Under the pieces are notes generated by a model. It saw only the letters and a program-made list of their open reading frames with translations. It did not search any database and was not told the DNA's origin. From the human T2T-CHM13v2.0 reference genome, Homo sapiens: DNA of 64,000 bases. The position numbers and the translations under genes are program-made. Position 1 is the stretch's first letter, and every line of letters begins with the position of its first letter. This document shows positions 1-17,161 of this stretch, one piece after another. Location of the stretch: NCBI RefSeq assembly GCF_009914755.1, contig NC_060925.1. One strand, 5' to 3'.

Positions 1-299
1 TGGTCTCACCACTGAGGCATTTCCGGTCTTCCTGGGAACACAGACGCACTAGAGGTGTGTGTTCTTTGTTTTCAGGCATAGTGCAGAGCTTGTGAAATTC
101 TTTCCCTGAACCATCCTGGGTGGCAGCTGAGAGTGCAAATGTATCCCTGAAAGCCCAGAAAATGTGTTTTGCCTATGCAGTGGCTGCATGGAACTTCTGC
201 AAACCAGTCTTTACTCCTGAGCCTGTGCAGACTCGAATAGCACTGAGTTCAAGTCAGCCTCTGTAAGTGACTTAGGATATGCTAATGAACAGTCATTGT

Positions 300-915
300 A
301 AGAGAGCAATATTCAACATTCCGGAGTTTTATTTCATATCTACTCTGTGCCTGACTGTGTTCTGCAAATTGGGGTTCTATCAGTAACCAAAAGAGACAAA
401 GATCTTTTCCTTCAAGGAACTTAATAATAGTGGGAGATACAATAATATAATAAACAATTATAAAGTGTGTTATAAGATGATGACGGCTATGACAAAAAGG
501 TAAAAAGTAGTGCAAGTACTTAAAAGGGTGAAAGGATTGGAAACCTGGGGTGAACGGTGAAGTAGGGTAAAATTACAATATGAAACTGGGTGGGTCAGGG
601 CAAACCTGACTGAAAAGGTGAGATCTGAGCAAAGGCTCAAAAAAGGATCGAGTCCAGTGGATATCAAGGGAGGAACATTTAAAGACAAAGGAAACAGAGC
701 GTGGAGTCTCCAGTGGCAGCACATCTGGCATAGTGGAGGAACTGCAAGTCTACCTGGGTTGGGCATGAGGAAGAACAGAAGAGGAGGTCAGAGCAAGAAC
801 GGAGACCAGTTGGTGCTGGGCCAGTGTCATGGGTTTGCCTTTTACTCTGTATGAAGTGGTGAGTCATTACAGGGTTTTGGGCAGAGAAGGTACAAAATAT
901 GGCTTGTGATTTGAA
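300..915 (-). mobile_element. L2 LINE 3' fragment
   Basis: Degenerate L2-antisense motifs (e.g. gacaaagatcttttccttcaaggaactt, gactgaaaaggtgagatctgagcaaag). Confidence 0.6.
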
Positions 916-3727
916 AGAAAGACTTCAGAGACGTTTGGTTTCTGCTGTGGCATGTAAAAAGCTTGGAAGTTATTTTTACAAGAAGAAGAAGCTGGATAAA
1001 CAGAAAACTGATGGCTCGTCTCAACCCATCAGATCACTGATATTGCAGCGGTCACAGAAAACTCTGGACTACGGAGCGACAGGCGCATCCAGAAAGTCAC
1101 AATGCAGATTAGCTTCTGTGGGGCAAAAGGTGCTGTGGCCATAAACTCCTAGGAACATTTAAATGATAATTTTCATGAAGTTATACAGGCTGAGGGTGGC
1201 CTACCATGAGATTAAGAAACTCACAGGCACCACGGTCTTAGGGAAGGGCCTACACTTTCAGGGGTTTTACTTCCAGAAACCCCACTAGGTTCTCATGGTG
1301 AAGATCAAGAAACATCCCCTCACGGCTCTGGTAGAAGGTGGGGAAGATTAAACAATGCAAAACACACAGGCTTATCCTCCAGAGCACAGCACTGCACAGG
1401 AGCCGATCCCACGTGGGAGAAAGAACTTCCTTCCCTACCAGTTTACTCCAGTTTATCTCACTGGAAAGAGGAAGGGAGGAAGAAACATAGTCATTGGGTG
1501 TCAGGGCTTCAGGGAAATAGATTGAGACTACTACAACCAGGGAAGGAAGTCGAGGGCATTAAAAAAAAAAAGTTTACCACTTTGGAAACATTTGTGAAGG
1601 TTACAGCCCGGAGACACAGGCCCAATTAAAAACAGATTTAATTGGAAGATAATAGAATGCTCCCCCTACCCCACACCTTACCAGCACACCAACAGGAACT
1701 CAATATAATAACACTAGATCCCAGATAATAGCGCTACAAGACATAAACCGTTTCCGAAGAGAAGCTTTAAGGGAAACCGAAAGTCAAGATGAGACAAAAA
1801 CAAGGACACTAGAAAAATCTAAAGCCTCTGAGACCCACAGCTAAAGGCTAAAGCAACGTTAAACATGGCCTAACTCTTAGAGTAACATAAATTCTCAAAT
1901 TAAATGCTTTCTTACCTCAGTTCCTGTCACCTGATACAACAGGTTCAACTTTGAACAATAGATTAAGGGCATAGCAAAAGGCAGGAAAAAATGTAGTTTA
2001 GAGAACTAAAGGGCCAGCAAGCCTCAGAATCAGAGTCATATATAACATAGATGTTGGAATTATCATACAGGAGATGTATGAGAGTTCTAGTGGAAAATGT
2101 AGTTCAAATAATCCATGGCAAAAAGAAAGAAGATAGAGAAAAAACAAACTGAAAACTATAACAACAAAAAAGACAAACATAAACACTACCATATCAATGA
2201 TTACATTAAATGAAATGGTCTAAATATACTAAAGACAAATATTGGCAGAATGGAATAACAACCATAACTCAACTATATGCTGTCTATGTAATGATATGAA
2301 CAGTTTGAAAGTAAAAGTATGAGAAAATGTGTATTATGCAAATATCAACCAAAAACAGGAGCAGTGATATCATTATCAAATAAACCTCAGAGAAAGCAAA
2401 GAAATTACCAGAAAAGACATTATATAATGATAAAAGCATCAATCCACCAAGATCTAACAATTCTAAATGTATATATAACAAACAATAGAAATGCAAAATA
2501 TGTGAAGCAGGAACTGATAGAACTGAAAGAAAAAACAGACAAATCACAATTATGATTGGAAACTTCAACACACCACTCTCAACAATTGACAGAATGATTA
2601 GACAGAAAAAATAACAATATAGCAGAACTCAACAACATTATAATGCAACAAGATATGATCAACTTTTATTGAATACTCTATCCAAGAACAGGAGAACGCA
2701 CAGTCTTTTTAAGTGTCCATGGACAGATACAAAGATAGACCATATTCTAGGCTACACACACACAAACACACAGACATTAAAACAAACAAACAAAAAACTC
2801 AACAAAATGAAAAGAAATGAAATCATACAGTGTACTCTGACCATAAAGAAATCAACCTAGAAATGAATAATAGAAAGATAACACAAAAATATCCAAACCC
2901 TTGGAAAATGACATACTTCTAAATAATCCATGGATCAAAGAGGAAGTCTTAAGGGGAATAAGAAAAATACATTGAATTGAATGAAAATGAATGTATAACA
3001 CTTCAAAATTTGTGGAGCACAGCTAAAGCAGTGCACAGAAGGAAATTTATAGCACTAAATGCATACATTAGAAAAGAGGAAAAGTCTCAAATTGATAACA
3101 ACATCCCACCTCAAGAGCCCCCCCAAAAAGAAGAGCAAAATAAATCCCAAGAGAAGAAAGAAAATAATAAAGATAAAAGCAGAAATCTATGAAATTACAA
3201 ATAAGACAAAAATAAAGAAAATCAATGTAACAAAGAGCTCTTTGAAAAGATAAATAAAATTAAGAAATCTCTAGAAAGACTGACAAAGAAAAACACAAAT
3301 TAATAATATCAGGAGTGAAGCAGGAGGTATCACTAAGGAAACTGCGTATGTAGAAAGGGCAATAAGGGAATACTATGAACAACAACACATAGTACAACAG
3401 AACAATAGTAAATTTGTCAATTTAGAAGAAACAGATCATTTCCAAAACACAGCTATCAGAAAACCCAATATGAAATAGGTAATTTAAATATCCCTACAAC
3501 TATTATGGAAATTTAACTTATAAATTTAAAAACTCCCTCAAAATGTTCTCCAGACCAGATGGCTTAATTGGAGAATTCTAACAAAGGTTTAAAGAATTAA
3601 TGCCAATTCCACAAAATCTCTCCAGAAAATAGGAGAGGAAGGGATACTACAATTCATTTTTTGAAGCTAGTATTACCCTAATAGCAAAACCAGACAAAGA
3701 CAATACACACAAAAGACCACAACCCCC

Positions 3728-3994
3728 GGCCTGGCGCGGTTGCTCACGCCTGTAATCCCAGCACTTTGGGAGGCCGAGGCAGGCAGATCACCAGGTCAGG
3801 AGATCTAGACCATCCTGGCTAACACAGTGAAACCCTGTCTGTACTAAAAATACAAAAAATTAGCCGTATTCGGGAGGCTGAGGCAGGAGAAAGGCGTGAA
3901 CCCGGGAGGCGGAGCTTGCAATGAGCCGAGATCGCGCCACTGGACTACAGCCTGGGCGACAGAGTGAGACTCCGTCTAAAGAAAAAAAAAAAAA
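3728..3994 (+). mobile_element. AluY-type element with ~30-nt internal deletion
   Basis: Alu body with 17-bp TSD aaaagaccacaaccccc. Right-arm start is collapsed (ttagccg|tattcgggagg). Confidence 0.9.
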
Positions 3995-4106
3995 AGACCA
4001 CAACCCCCATACACAAAAATATAGGTCAATATCTCTCATGATATAGACCAAAATTCTTAACAAGATATTAACAAATAGCATTCATAAACAATTAAGAAGA
4101 ATTATA

Positions 4107-4462
<356 letters not shown>

Positions 4463-5655
4463 TCAAAAATCAATCAATGTAATCCACTTATTAACAGGCT
4501 AAAGAATAAAAATCACAGAATTACATCACCCAATATAGGAAAAGCATTTGACAAAATGGAACTTTCATTATGTAAAAATGCTTAGAAAAATAGGAATAGA
4601 AGGGGAACTTTCTCTACTAGATAAAGACCTACAAAAAACTACAACTTACTCATACTTACTGGTGAAAGTTGTATGCCTTCTTTCTAATGTCTGGAAGAAG
4701 GTAGGGATCTACTCTCACCACTCTTATCTGACATAGTGCTGGAGGTGTTAGCTAGTGCAATAAGACTGGCAAAGGAAGTAAAATGTAAGCAGATCAGAAA
4801 GGAAGAAATAAAATGATCCTTACCTACAGATAGCATGGTTACCTACATAGAAAATCTCAAGGCACCTACAAAAAAAAAAAAAAAAAAAACCCTCCCAAAA
4901 CTGGTAAGTAAATTCAGGCTTACAAAAATCTATTGTATCTCTATATGCTAGCAATAAAACCATACATTCTGAAATTAAACATACAATTCAATTCATAGTC
5001 ACTCAAAAAAAGGATCACATAAATTGTAAATCTAACAAAACTTGTGCAGAATTTATAAGCTAAAAGTTAAAAAAACTCTAATGAAAGAAATCAAAAGATA
5101 AATAAATGGCTACTGTAGTTACAGATTGGAAGACAACATAGAAAAGATGTCAATTCTCTCTAAACTGATATAGAAGCTTACAATTCCTATTAAAATCTCA
5201 GCAAGTATGTTTTTTTACAGATGCAATAAAAATTAACCTAAAATTTATAGGAAATGCAAAGTTAACTAGAATAGCAAAACAATTTTGGGAAAAAATAAAG
5301 TGGGAAGAATCCATCTACCCAATTTCAACTCTTTCAGTACAACTAAAGTAATCAAGACTTCTTGGTATTGGTGAAGGGATAAACAGATGGGTCAATAGAA
5401 TAAAATATAGCACTCAGAAATATACTCACACAAACATGAGCAACTGATTTTGACCAAGGTGCAAAAGCAATTCGAGGAAGGAAAGACAGTCATTTCAACA
5501 AATGGTGCTGGAATAATTAGATATAAATAGGCAAAAAAATTAAAAACAAAAGCAAAACAAATAACCCTTTACCTAAGTCTCGTAATTCATATTAGCTCAA
5601 TAAAGATCACAGACTTAAGTATAAAACGAAAAGTATAAAACTTTTAGGAAAAAAA

Positions 5656-6117
<462 letters not shown>

Positions 6118-6252
6118 TTATTGATAAATTAGACTTCACTAAAATTAAAACTTTTTGTACTACGAAAGACCCTATTAAGAGAAGGAAAAAACAAGCTACA
6201 GAGTGGGAGAAAGTATTTGCAGATGACATATCCAACAAGGGAATCAAATCTA

Positions 6253-6613
<361 letters not shown>

Positions 6614-7964
6614 TCAAAATTAAACAGTAAAAACCCAAACAATCCAATCTAGACCATACAAAAACTGTATGAAGCCAGTTTACCAAAGAATATATACAAA
6701 TGGAGACTAAGCACCTAAACAATATTCCACATCACTAACCTTTATGAAAATGTAAATTAAAACCACAATGAGATATCATTACACATCCACCAGAGTGGTT
6801 AAAATAAAACAATAGTGGGAATAGAAAATGCTGACAAGGATGCAGAGAAAATGAATCACTCATGTATTCCTGGTGGAAATATTAAATGGTATAGCCACTC
6901 TGGCATTTTCCATAAAAATTTAGCATGGAACTACCTACGGCAAAAGTAAAAGTACCTACCCATGAAAAGTAATGAATTATCGATCTCCACAACAACCTGG
7001 ATGAATAATATTGTGTGAAAAAGTCTTAGAAAAGTGAGTGAAAAAGACAATCCCCAAAAGTTATATATTGTATGATTCCACTTATGTAACATTCTTGAAA
7101 CATCAAAATTATAGTTACAAACATGATAGACATTAATTTAACTTTATCAACAATCAATTTAAATGTGAATGGTCTAGATACACAAATTAAGAAACAAAGT
7201 GTTAGAGTAGATTAAAAAATAAAAGAAACAACAACAAAAACAATTTTTTTTAAAAAAGAACCAACTACTAACTATAAGTTTGATACAAAGAAACTACTCT
7301 AAACATAAAGATTCAGAACAAACAGTCCAGGAACTAATAAGTCAGCATAGCAAGGCTGCCCTATATGAAGTCAATAAACAAAAGTCAATTGCTTTCTCAT
7401 ATGCCAGCAAGGAACAATTGGAGTTTAAAATTAAAAAAAAAAAATACACCCTCCACGATAGCACCAAATAAGACAAAATATGTGTGTATCAATATAATAA
7501 AATATGTACAGTATCTATATGCAAAAACCTATAGAAATCTGATGAAAGAAACCAAAGACTATCTAAATAAATGGAATAATATTTCATGTTCATAGACCGG
7601 AAGATCGAATATTGTTAAAATGTTGATTCTTTACAACTTGATCTACAGATCCAGCATAAACCCATTCAAAATCCTAACAAGATATTTTGCAGATCTAGAG
7701 AACTGATTCTGAAATTTGTATGAAAGGCAAAACAACAACAGTAAACAAAAATGAAATAGCCAACACAATACTGAAGAAGAAAACAAAGTTGGAAAAATCA
7801 CACTATTTCAAAGCTCACTATAAAATGATAGTTATCAAGACAACATGGTATTAGCAAAATAGACACATATATTAATTGAACAAAACAGCTCAAGAAAAAG
7901 ACCCATACAAATATGGTCAACTAGTTGTTGTTAAGGGCATAAAAGAAAGGCAATTCTATGGAGT

Positions 7965-8011
7965 AGAAGGTTCTAGAACCAGTCCCCCACAGATACTAAC
8001 GGGTGACTGTA
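7965..8011 (+). mobile_element. MER2-like terminal fragment (Tigger-type DNA transposon)
   Basis: ttctagaaccagtcccccacagatactaacgggtgactgta resembles the MER2 end. Confidence 0.5.
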
Positions 8012-8447
8012 CATGCGAATTGGAATTGAACAGTTAACTAAATGGATGACAGATGGTAGAAGCTAAGTTTCTCACTATTGGAATGGAAAGTTACAGCAAA
8101 CAAGGGGAAAAGGCTAGAATGATCCATGTAGTAATAGATTAGATTTGAAAACATTAATTTGAACTCAAGTTTAGTTTAATGCCGATACAGGTAGTTACAG
8201 ACATACAGACATATTTCTAGATATGTGTATATACAGATGATATACACACATATATTTCCTTGCTCTTTCAGCTGAGAATGCCTAGATGCAATGACACCCC
8301 AGTATCAATAAGTACATCTAGTACCCAGATCAAACTGTTTTCCAATAAAATAGAACAGGGTTTCCTGGAGAAATGGCTTATTCTAGGACTGATTCAGGAA
8401 GTATGTGAGGATGAGCCTAGATCATCCTGTAGTGACAGAAAGTTAGA

Positions 8448-8451
<4 letters not shown>

Positions 8452-8489
<38 letters not shown>

Positions 8490-8516
8490 GGAGAGAGAGA
8501 GAGAGAGACAGAGAGA
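8452..8516 (+). repeat. Compound (CA)n(GA)n microsatellite
   Basis: Directly visible. Confidence 0.95.
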
Positions 8517-8838
8517 CATGGGATTATATCACAGAAGCTGCCAACTGGAGAGCTCCAAGTAGCCAAAGTTGAAAAAATCGAGGAAACAAGATAAATAAAT
8601 AATAGATTATAACCTAAGTATAAAATAAATATCTGAGCCCATACTGATATGAATGAATGAATAAAGAGACAAATCTCCCATGCAGAAGAATTCAAATAAT
8701 TTTGATACTTTCCCCCAAAGGAAGTGAAACATAACTTCCCATTCCTTCAATGTGGGCTGTGCATAGTGGCTTTCTTCCAAAGAATATAGGATGGAAAGGA
8801 GGACAAAAGGGTAACATTGCAGTGGAAAAACCTTATGA

Positions 8839-9201
<363 letters not shown>

Positions 9202-9677
9202 TAAATCTTTGATATAATGTGATGAGAATGATACTTGACCTACATGGTCTTCCTCCCCAAAACACATAACCCTAATATAAATACGAGGAAAGCATCAGAC
9301 AAATCCCAGTTGAGGGACAGTCTATAAAATACCTGATCAGTACTCCTCAAAACTGTCAAGTCATCACAAACATGGAAAACATCAGAAACTATCACAGCCA
9401 AGAGGAGCCTAAGGAAACAGGATAACTCAATGTATTCTGAATGGGATCCTCCATCAGAGAAAGGACGTTAGACCAAACTCAGGATGTCTGAATAAAGTAT
9501 GAACTTTAATAGTAACACACTATTTGGGCTCATTAATTATGACAAATGTACCATACAAATATAAGATATAAGTAACAGGGAAATAGGGTGTGGGGTATAT
9601 GGGAATTCTCTATACTATCTTCATGTCTTTTCTGTAAATCTAGAATTATTCCAAAATACATCTTTTAAAAAACATCT

Positions 9678-9973
<296 letters not shown>

Positions 9974-11869
9974 ATCTTCTTGTAATACGAATGCAAATGA
10001 AAGACAGTTGTGTCTATCACAACCAAGTGGAATGCTTAAGTTAATGACTTGATGAAGGCAAGTCTCTAAAGACATTGTTGTGGACCTAGATATGAATGAG
10101 AAGAGATTTGGGAAGAAAGAAAATGTGGACTACTTTCAGACTGTTTCACAAGGAACCTTCATTGTCTCAATTCAAGTAGAATAAAAAACAGAAATGGAAA
10201 CTGAACACCCTAGAAAATGTATCATGGGCATAGTTCACTGAAAAAGACCATATAGTCATTCTGTAGATTCCCACTCAAAGAGAAGTCCTTGCCCTCCATC
10301 AGAATACTGGTAATGGAAGTTAATGTGTAAGTTTTTAAGTTATTATAATAAAGACAAGTATATAGAGGTATCATTTATTATTTCTTGCTTAATTTTTTTC
10401 AATTAACCAACCAACCACCTGCCAGATTTAGTTGAATATAAAGTTTCTACTGCACTGGTCCTTCTTCTCCTCATTCTCATTCTCGTTTTCTGTCTCATTA
10501 TTTCTTTATCATCTATACTTTCAAATGACAACCAAGCGGCTGGTATGTAATCCAGACAAATTTTCCATAGAAAGCTGTAGACAATTTAAGTTTTATCAGA
10601 GCAGATGTACTTTCTTACGGATGGGATGCCGTAGGGTATGAAGAACACTAGGCCTTATGAATTGATGTTATTATGGGGGTTAGTCTTATCCAGCAGACAG
10701 CAAACTGTGAAATGACCTTACTGACAATTCCAGAATTACGAAAAAGATCAATAAATCTGACAAGTCCATTCTTCAGCGCAGTGAGGGAAAGTGAGCTAAA
10801 AATAAACTGAAAATGGAGCATGAGTCAAAACTATCTCACCAAAAAGATAATGTAGGGATGCTATGACCACCACCTTATTTCAGGATAATGAGAATTAGTC
10901 AGTCCACATACTGACCCTGTGAAGCAGGTGGATGCAGATGTTACCATCCAGAAACTTGGAGGAAGCAGAGGGAAACACACTAAGATTAATGGCACCAGAG
11001 GAAATAACATTTGTTGTTCATGGTTTTCCTGGTTGGGAATGCCTAAGGACTCAATTCTTGTACTAAAAGTGTCAACGCTTGCATTTTAAATGTAGAGATG
11101 GCATCATTACATCATTAAGTGCACATTGCAGGCTAGTCTTTGCATCACACATATTTAGCATGTTTATTCCTGCAAGGGCAGTAGACTAAATCCTTCACAG
11201 GTAATAAATACATCATATTTAACACCATTCACCTCTTCTGGACCAATAAAGAATCAACAGCCCTAAAGTGGTTGTGATTGTAGAGTTTTCCCTGAAAGAC
11301 AGCCTCACTGAATTCTCCCAAATACCCACATTTAAATACACTGATCTGTGATCAATGAATATACTTGGTCATTTACAAATAGGTATTGAGAGCTCACCCT
11401 ACTAAGGGCACTAAAGAAAGCACAGAGGATACAAAGAAGGAAGAACAGAGTACCTGACCTTGAAGAACTCACTCTGTTTCAGGACCACCATGGTGTCAAC
11501 CTCACCAGTGGCTTCTCTGTTGCTAAATCTAGTAGTGGCATTTCAGTGTTTCAGTGTTGAGCTTTGATCTCTGAAGGCTCTGGCATTGCTGAACTATTCC
11601 TTCTTTCTTAAAACTGTTTTCTTTCTTGCTTTCTATTATACCGTACTTAATTTTGTTTCACGGGTCACTTCTCAATATTTTGTTACATCTTCCTTCCTCT
11701 ACCTGCTTCTTAAATGCTGGTCATCCTTGTTAGTAGCAATAGTGTTTTGGAATGATTCTCTATTGAGATCCTTTCAAGAGCATCCTCTTGACCCAGCAAG
11801 TCCAATCCCGGCGGTCTATGCTTCTAAAACACTCACATGCACCAGTATGTTAAACATGACCTTCTGTGT

Positions 11870-12668
<799 letters not shown>

Positions 12669-12877
12669 CACAGAAAAGCTTGGAAACAAACTAGGTGCCT
12701 GTTAATAATGAAATAACTCATCAAATTATGGTATATGCTATAGCATTCTCTGCAGGGGTCAAAAGGAAGAGGCAACATGATATGCACTGTCATGGAAAAG
12801 TCTTCTAACACATATTTTAAGCAAAAATGGAGGTAAAAGGCAGGTACAGAATGAACCTATTGATATTTTAAATTTGT

Positions 12878-12880
12878 GTG

Positions 12881-12914
<34 letters not shown>

Positions 12915-12916
12915 GT
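12878..12916 (+). repeat. (TG)n microsatellite
   Basis: Directly visible. Confidence 0.9.
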
Positions 12917-13149
12917 AAATATACCAGAGGACTGGGAGGATTTATTCCAAAATACTTACAATAGTTATCCATAGGAAGAGGTTAGGGTTAAGCAGACAGA
13001 GATATGCATTAAAACAGACTTTTTTTGTATTTTCCATTGCTTTTCTAATTTTATCATGATAAGAATATATTTAGGTATTACTTAAGTAAATTTAAAAAAT
13101 TATTATAAAATGAGAAAAATCCTTTTTTCAAGGTTTTTATGTTTGACCT

Positions 13150-13960
13150 TTATGGCTCTCGTTCCACAATCTAATACATCAAAGCTAACATCCTTTTCCC
13201 AAAAACGTCTTTCTCTTCTTTATTATTCCCTAATCTAGTTAATGACACCCCCTTTCATCTAGTCACTGAAGTATGCTGAGAGCTCTCCCAGAGGTGGCTT
13301 TCACCTGCACTGCACTCTCCCCCGTATCTATCTGATCACTAAACGTAATCAATTCTCTCTCAAACGCCTCCTGAATTTGTTCCCTTCTTCCCCTCACTTC
13401 TGCCACCTCGGTTCAAGTCCTCATGAGTTGCTTGGATGATTGCAATAATTTCCTATTCAGTTCCAAGACTCCATGTCTTCTCATCGTTTACTCACTTCCA
13501 CAAAGAGATATTTCCAAAATGCAATTCTGATCTGTTTTTCCTCTGCTTAACAGCCGTCAGCTGATATAGGAATGAAGTCCAAACTCTGTAGCACGGCACG
13601 CTGGGTCCTTCGAGATCCATCTCATAGACATCTCCAGGTTCATCTCTCACTTTCCCAACCATCCACTCCCCTTTCCAGGTTTTCACACTTCCCAAATTTC
13701 TCACGGTTTCCGGAATGTGCCAACTCCTCTCTTGCTTCTGTGCCTTTACACATGCAGCTTCCTCTGCGTAACTCACTCCTCCCTGCCTTCTTTGCCTGAC
13801 TTACTCATTCTTCCTGAAAGCTTAAGGTGAGCACTGTATTTGGTTCTCTCAGGTTAGACTGGGCACTTGTGCTCCTGAAACTCTACCACTATCACCTCCC
13901 TTATCATCCTTTCTTGTAATTATCTCTTTACTTGTCTGCCTCTTTTTCCAAACTCTCCAA
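13150..13960 (+). mobile_element. L2 fragment
   Basis: CT-rich L2-like motifs (aaaatgcaattctgatc, gaatgaagtccaaactc, gcctttacacatgcagcttcctctgc). Confidence 0.6.
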
Positions 13961-13964
13961 GCAG

Positions 13965-14220
13965 GGAAGGCAGTATCACAAAATACAGACTCACAGCCAG
14001 ACTGCCTGGCTTTGAATCCTGCCCTACCATTGTATAGCTAAGAGACTTTCTGGCAATTCACTTAATTTCTGTGCCTCGTTTTCTCACCTGTAAAATGAGG
14101 CATATCCACCCACAAAGCTGTTGTGAAGATTACATATGTTATTATGCACAAAGTGTTCAGAACAGTTCCTGGCCCACAGAAAGTACCAAACATTTGGTAT
14201 CATTTGTATTACTAATAACC
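13965..14220 (+). mobile_element. MIR
   Basis: gccagactgcctggctttgaatcctg...ctgtgcctcgttttctcacctgtaaaatgagg core. Confidence 0.75.
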
Positions 14221-14692
14221 TTTGGATAATACCTAGCCCAGTGCCTGGCAGGCACCCAGTAAGTGCTCAATGAATGAACAATTGCTTTTTTGAACAAAGT
14301 ATTTTGAACAAGTACTTCTGTATAAGTATGTATTTTTTTAAAAAGTGGCTCAATTTTAATCCAAGACTTTCTATCTGTACTCACAAAATAAGGAAAACGC
14401 CATTTAGAAACTTCAATTTCAAATAACTTGAACACCCAGCGTGGTAGTCCATGACAAAGCCACACATCACGGTTCTGGTGCGATCATTCATACAGCTTTA
14501 TCATAAATACAACCTCATACATTAATTTTCATCTCCTAAGTGGCAAAAGTGTTATGTCCCATGTTGAACTAATGGCCTGTAGAATTTTATGTCTAATGTA
14601 TTCTGGAAATGCTGGCAGAATGATCCTATGGCAGGATTTTCTCAAGTTCTGCTTTTACATCCTGTGACAACCCAAAGTTACCATGATTTTAA

Positions 14693-15055
<363 letters not shown>

Positions 15056-15327
15056 TGAAAGAGTATTTGTCATCTTTGCTCCTGTAACAGTCAATATTCC
15101 TTGCAACCAAATATCCTCATCTGCATGTTTTACTGTACCCTAAAGACCCAGACAACCAGAAATGTCACCAATGAATAACAAAAGTTCTTAAAAGAATGAC
15201 TGAAGAAGCAAGATAAAGAGAGGGAAGGGATCGAGGAAATGAAGGAGCGAGGAAGAAGGATGTGTGGTAGGAGGGTCCCATGTCTCAGGAAGGGACATGC
15301 AGAGACCGTTCTTTCTCACTGCCCTCC

Positions 15328-16671
15328 TGAGAGGTGACAGTGTGCTGGCAGCCCTCGCTCACTCTTGGCGCCTCCTCGGCCTTGGCGTCTGCTCTGGCCA
15401 TGCTTGGGGAGCCCTTCAGCCCGCCACTGCGCTGTGGGGGCCCCTCTCTGGGGTGGTTGAAGCCAGAGCCGGCTCCCTCAGCTTGCCAGGAGGTGTGGAG
15501 GGAGAGGCGTGGGCGGGAACCTGGGCTGTGCGTGGCGCTTGTGGGCCAGCTAGAGTTCCGGATGGGCGTGGGCTTGGCGGGCCCCGCACTCAGAGCGGCC
15601 CCGGGCAGTGAGGGGCTTAGCACCCGGGCCAGCAGCTGCAGAGGGTGCGCTGGGTCCCCCAGCAGTGCCAGCCCACCGGTGCTGCCCTCGATTTCTCGCC
15701 GGGCCTTAGCTGCCTCCCCACGGGGCAGGGCTCCTGACCTGCAGCCCGCCATGCCTAAGCTTCCCCCACCCCGCCCCGCCGCGGTGGGCTCCTGGCAGCC
15801 CAAGCCTCCCCGAAGAGCGCTGCCCCCTTGCTCCACGGCACCAGGTGTCATCAACCAATCGCCCAAGGGCTGAAGAGTGTGGGTTCACAGTGCGGGACTG
15901 GCAGGCAGCTCCACCTGCGGCCTCAGTGTGGGATCCACTGGGTGAAGCCAGCTAGGCTCCTGAGTCTAGTGGGGACTTGGAGAACCTTTATGTCTAGTTA
16001 AGGGATTGTAAACACACCAATCAGCACCCTGTGTCTAGCTCGGAGTTTGTGGATGCACCAATGGGCACTCAGTATCTAGCTGATCTGGTGGGGACTTGGA
16101 GAAACTTTGTCTAGCTAAGGGATTGTAAACACACCAATCAGCACCCTGTCAAACGGACCAATCAGCTCTCCATAAACCAGACCAATCAGCTCTCTGTAAA
16201 ATGGACCAATCAGCAGGATGTGGGTGGGGCCAGATAAAAGAATAAAAGCAGGCTGCCAGAGCCAGCAGTGGCAATCTGCCAGGGTACTGAGAGCTTTGTT
16301 CTTTCACTCTTTGCAATAAACCTTTTTGCTGCTCACTGTTCGGGTCCACACTGCCTTTATGAGCTATAAGACTCACTGCGAAGGTCTGCAGCTTCACTCC
16401 TGAGGCCAGCCAGACCACGAACCCACCTGCAGGAATGAACAACTCCAGACACGCTGCCTTAAGAGCTGTAACACCATGAAGGTCTGCAGCCTCACTCCTG
16501 AAGCCAGCGAGACCACGAACCCACCAGAAGGAAGAAACTCCGAACACATCCGAACATCGGAAGGAACAAACTCTGGACACGCCGCCTTTAAGAACTGTAA
16601 CACTCACCATGAGGGTCTGCAGCTTCATTCTTGAAATCAGTGAGACCAAGAACCCACCAATTCCGGACACA
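15328..16671 (+). mobile_element. Solo LTR12 (ERV9 family; LTR12C/D/E-like)
   Basis: Begins TGAGAGGTGACAG, ends CCAATTCCGGACACA, 4-bp TSD CTCC on both sides. GC-rich U3, repeated CCAATC boxes, AATAAAAG TATA-like box (~16241), AATAAA (~16315). Confidence 0.93.
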
Positions 16672-16839
16672 CTCCTACCCCCTCAACCCCCCCACCCACA
16701 AACACACCCACGTATCCACACACATGCAAAGCCAGGCTGCCATTCACTAGGAAGTGTCTCACCCACCGTCTCGATACACGGCTGCACTTAATTTGTCTGG
16801 TGGGTTCCAGCCTTGGAACTCAATATTTCTGCCCCCCAA

Positions 16840-17161
<322 letters not shown>

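Noticed and set aside
15264-16670. Longest ORFs in the track (193, 179, 173 aa)
   Set aside because: All lie within the GC-rich LTR12 and are typical stop-poor repeat ORFs on both strands.
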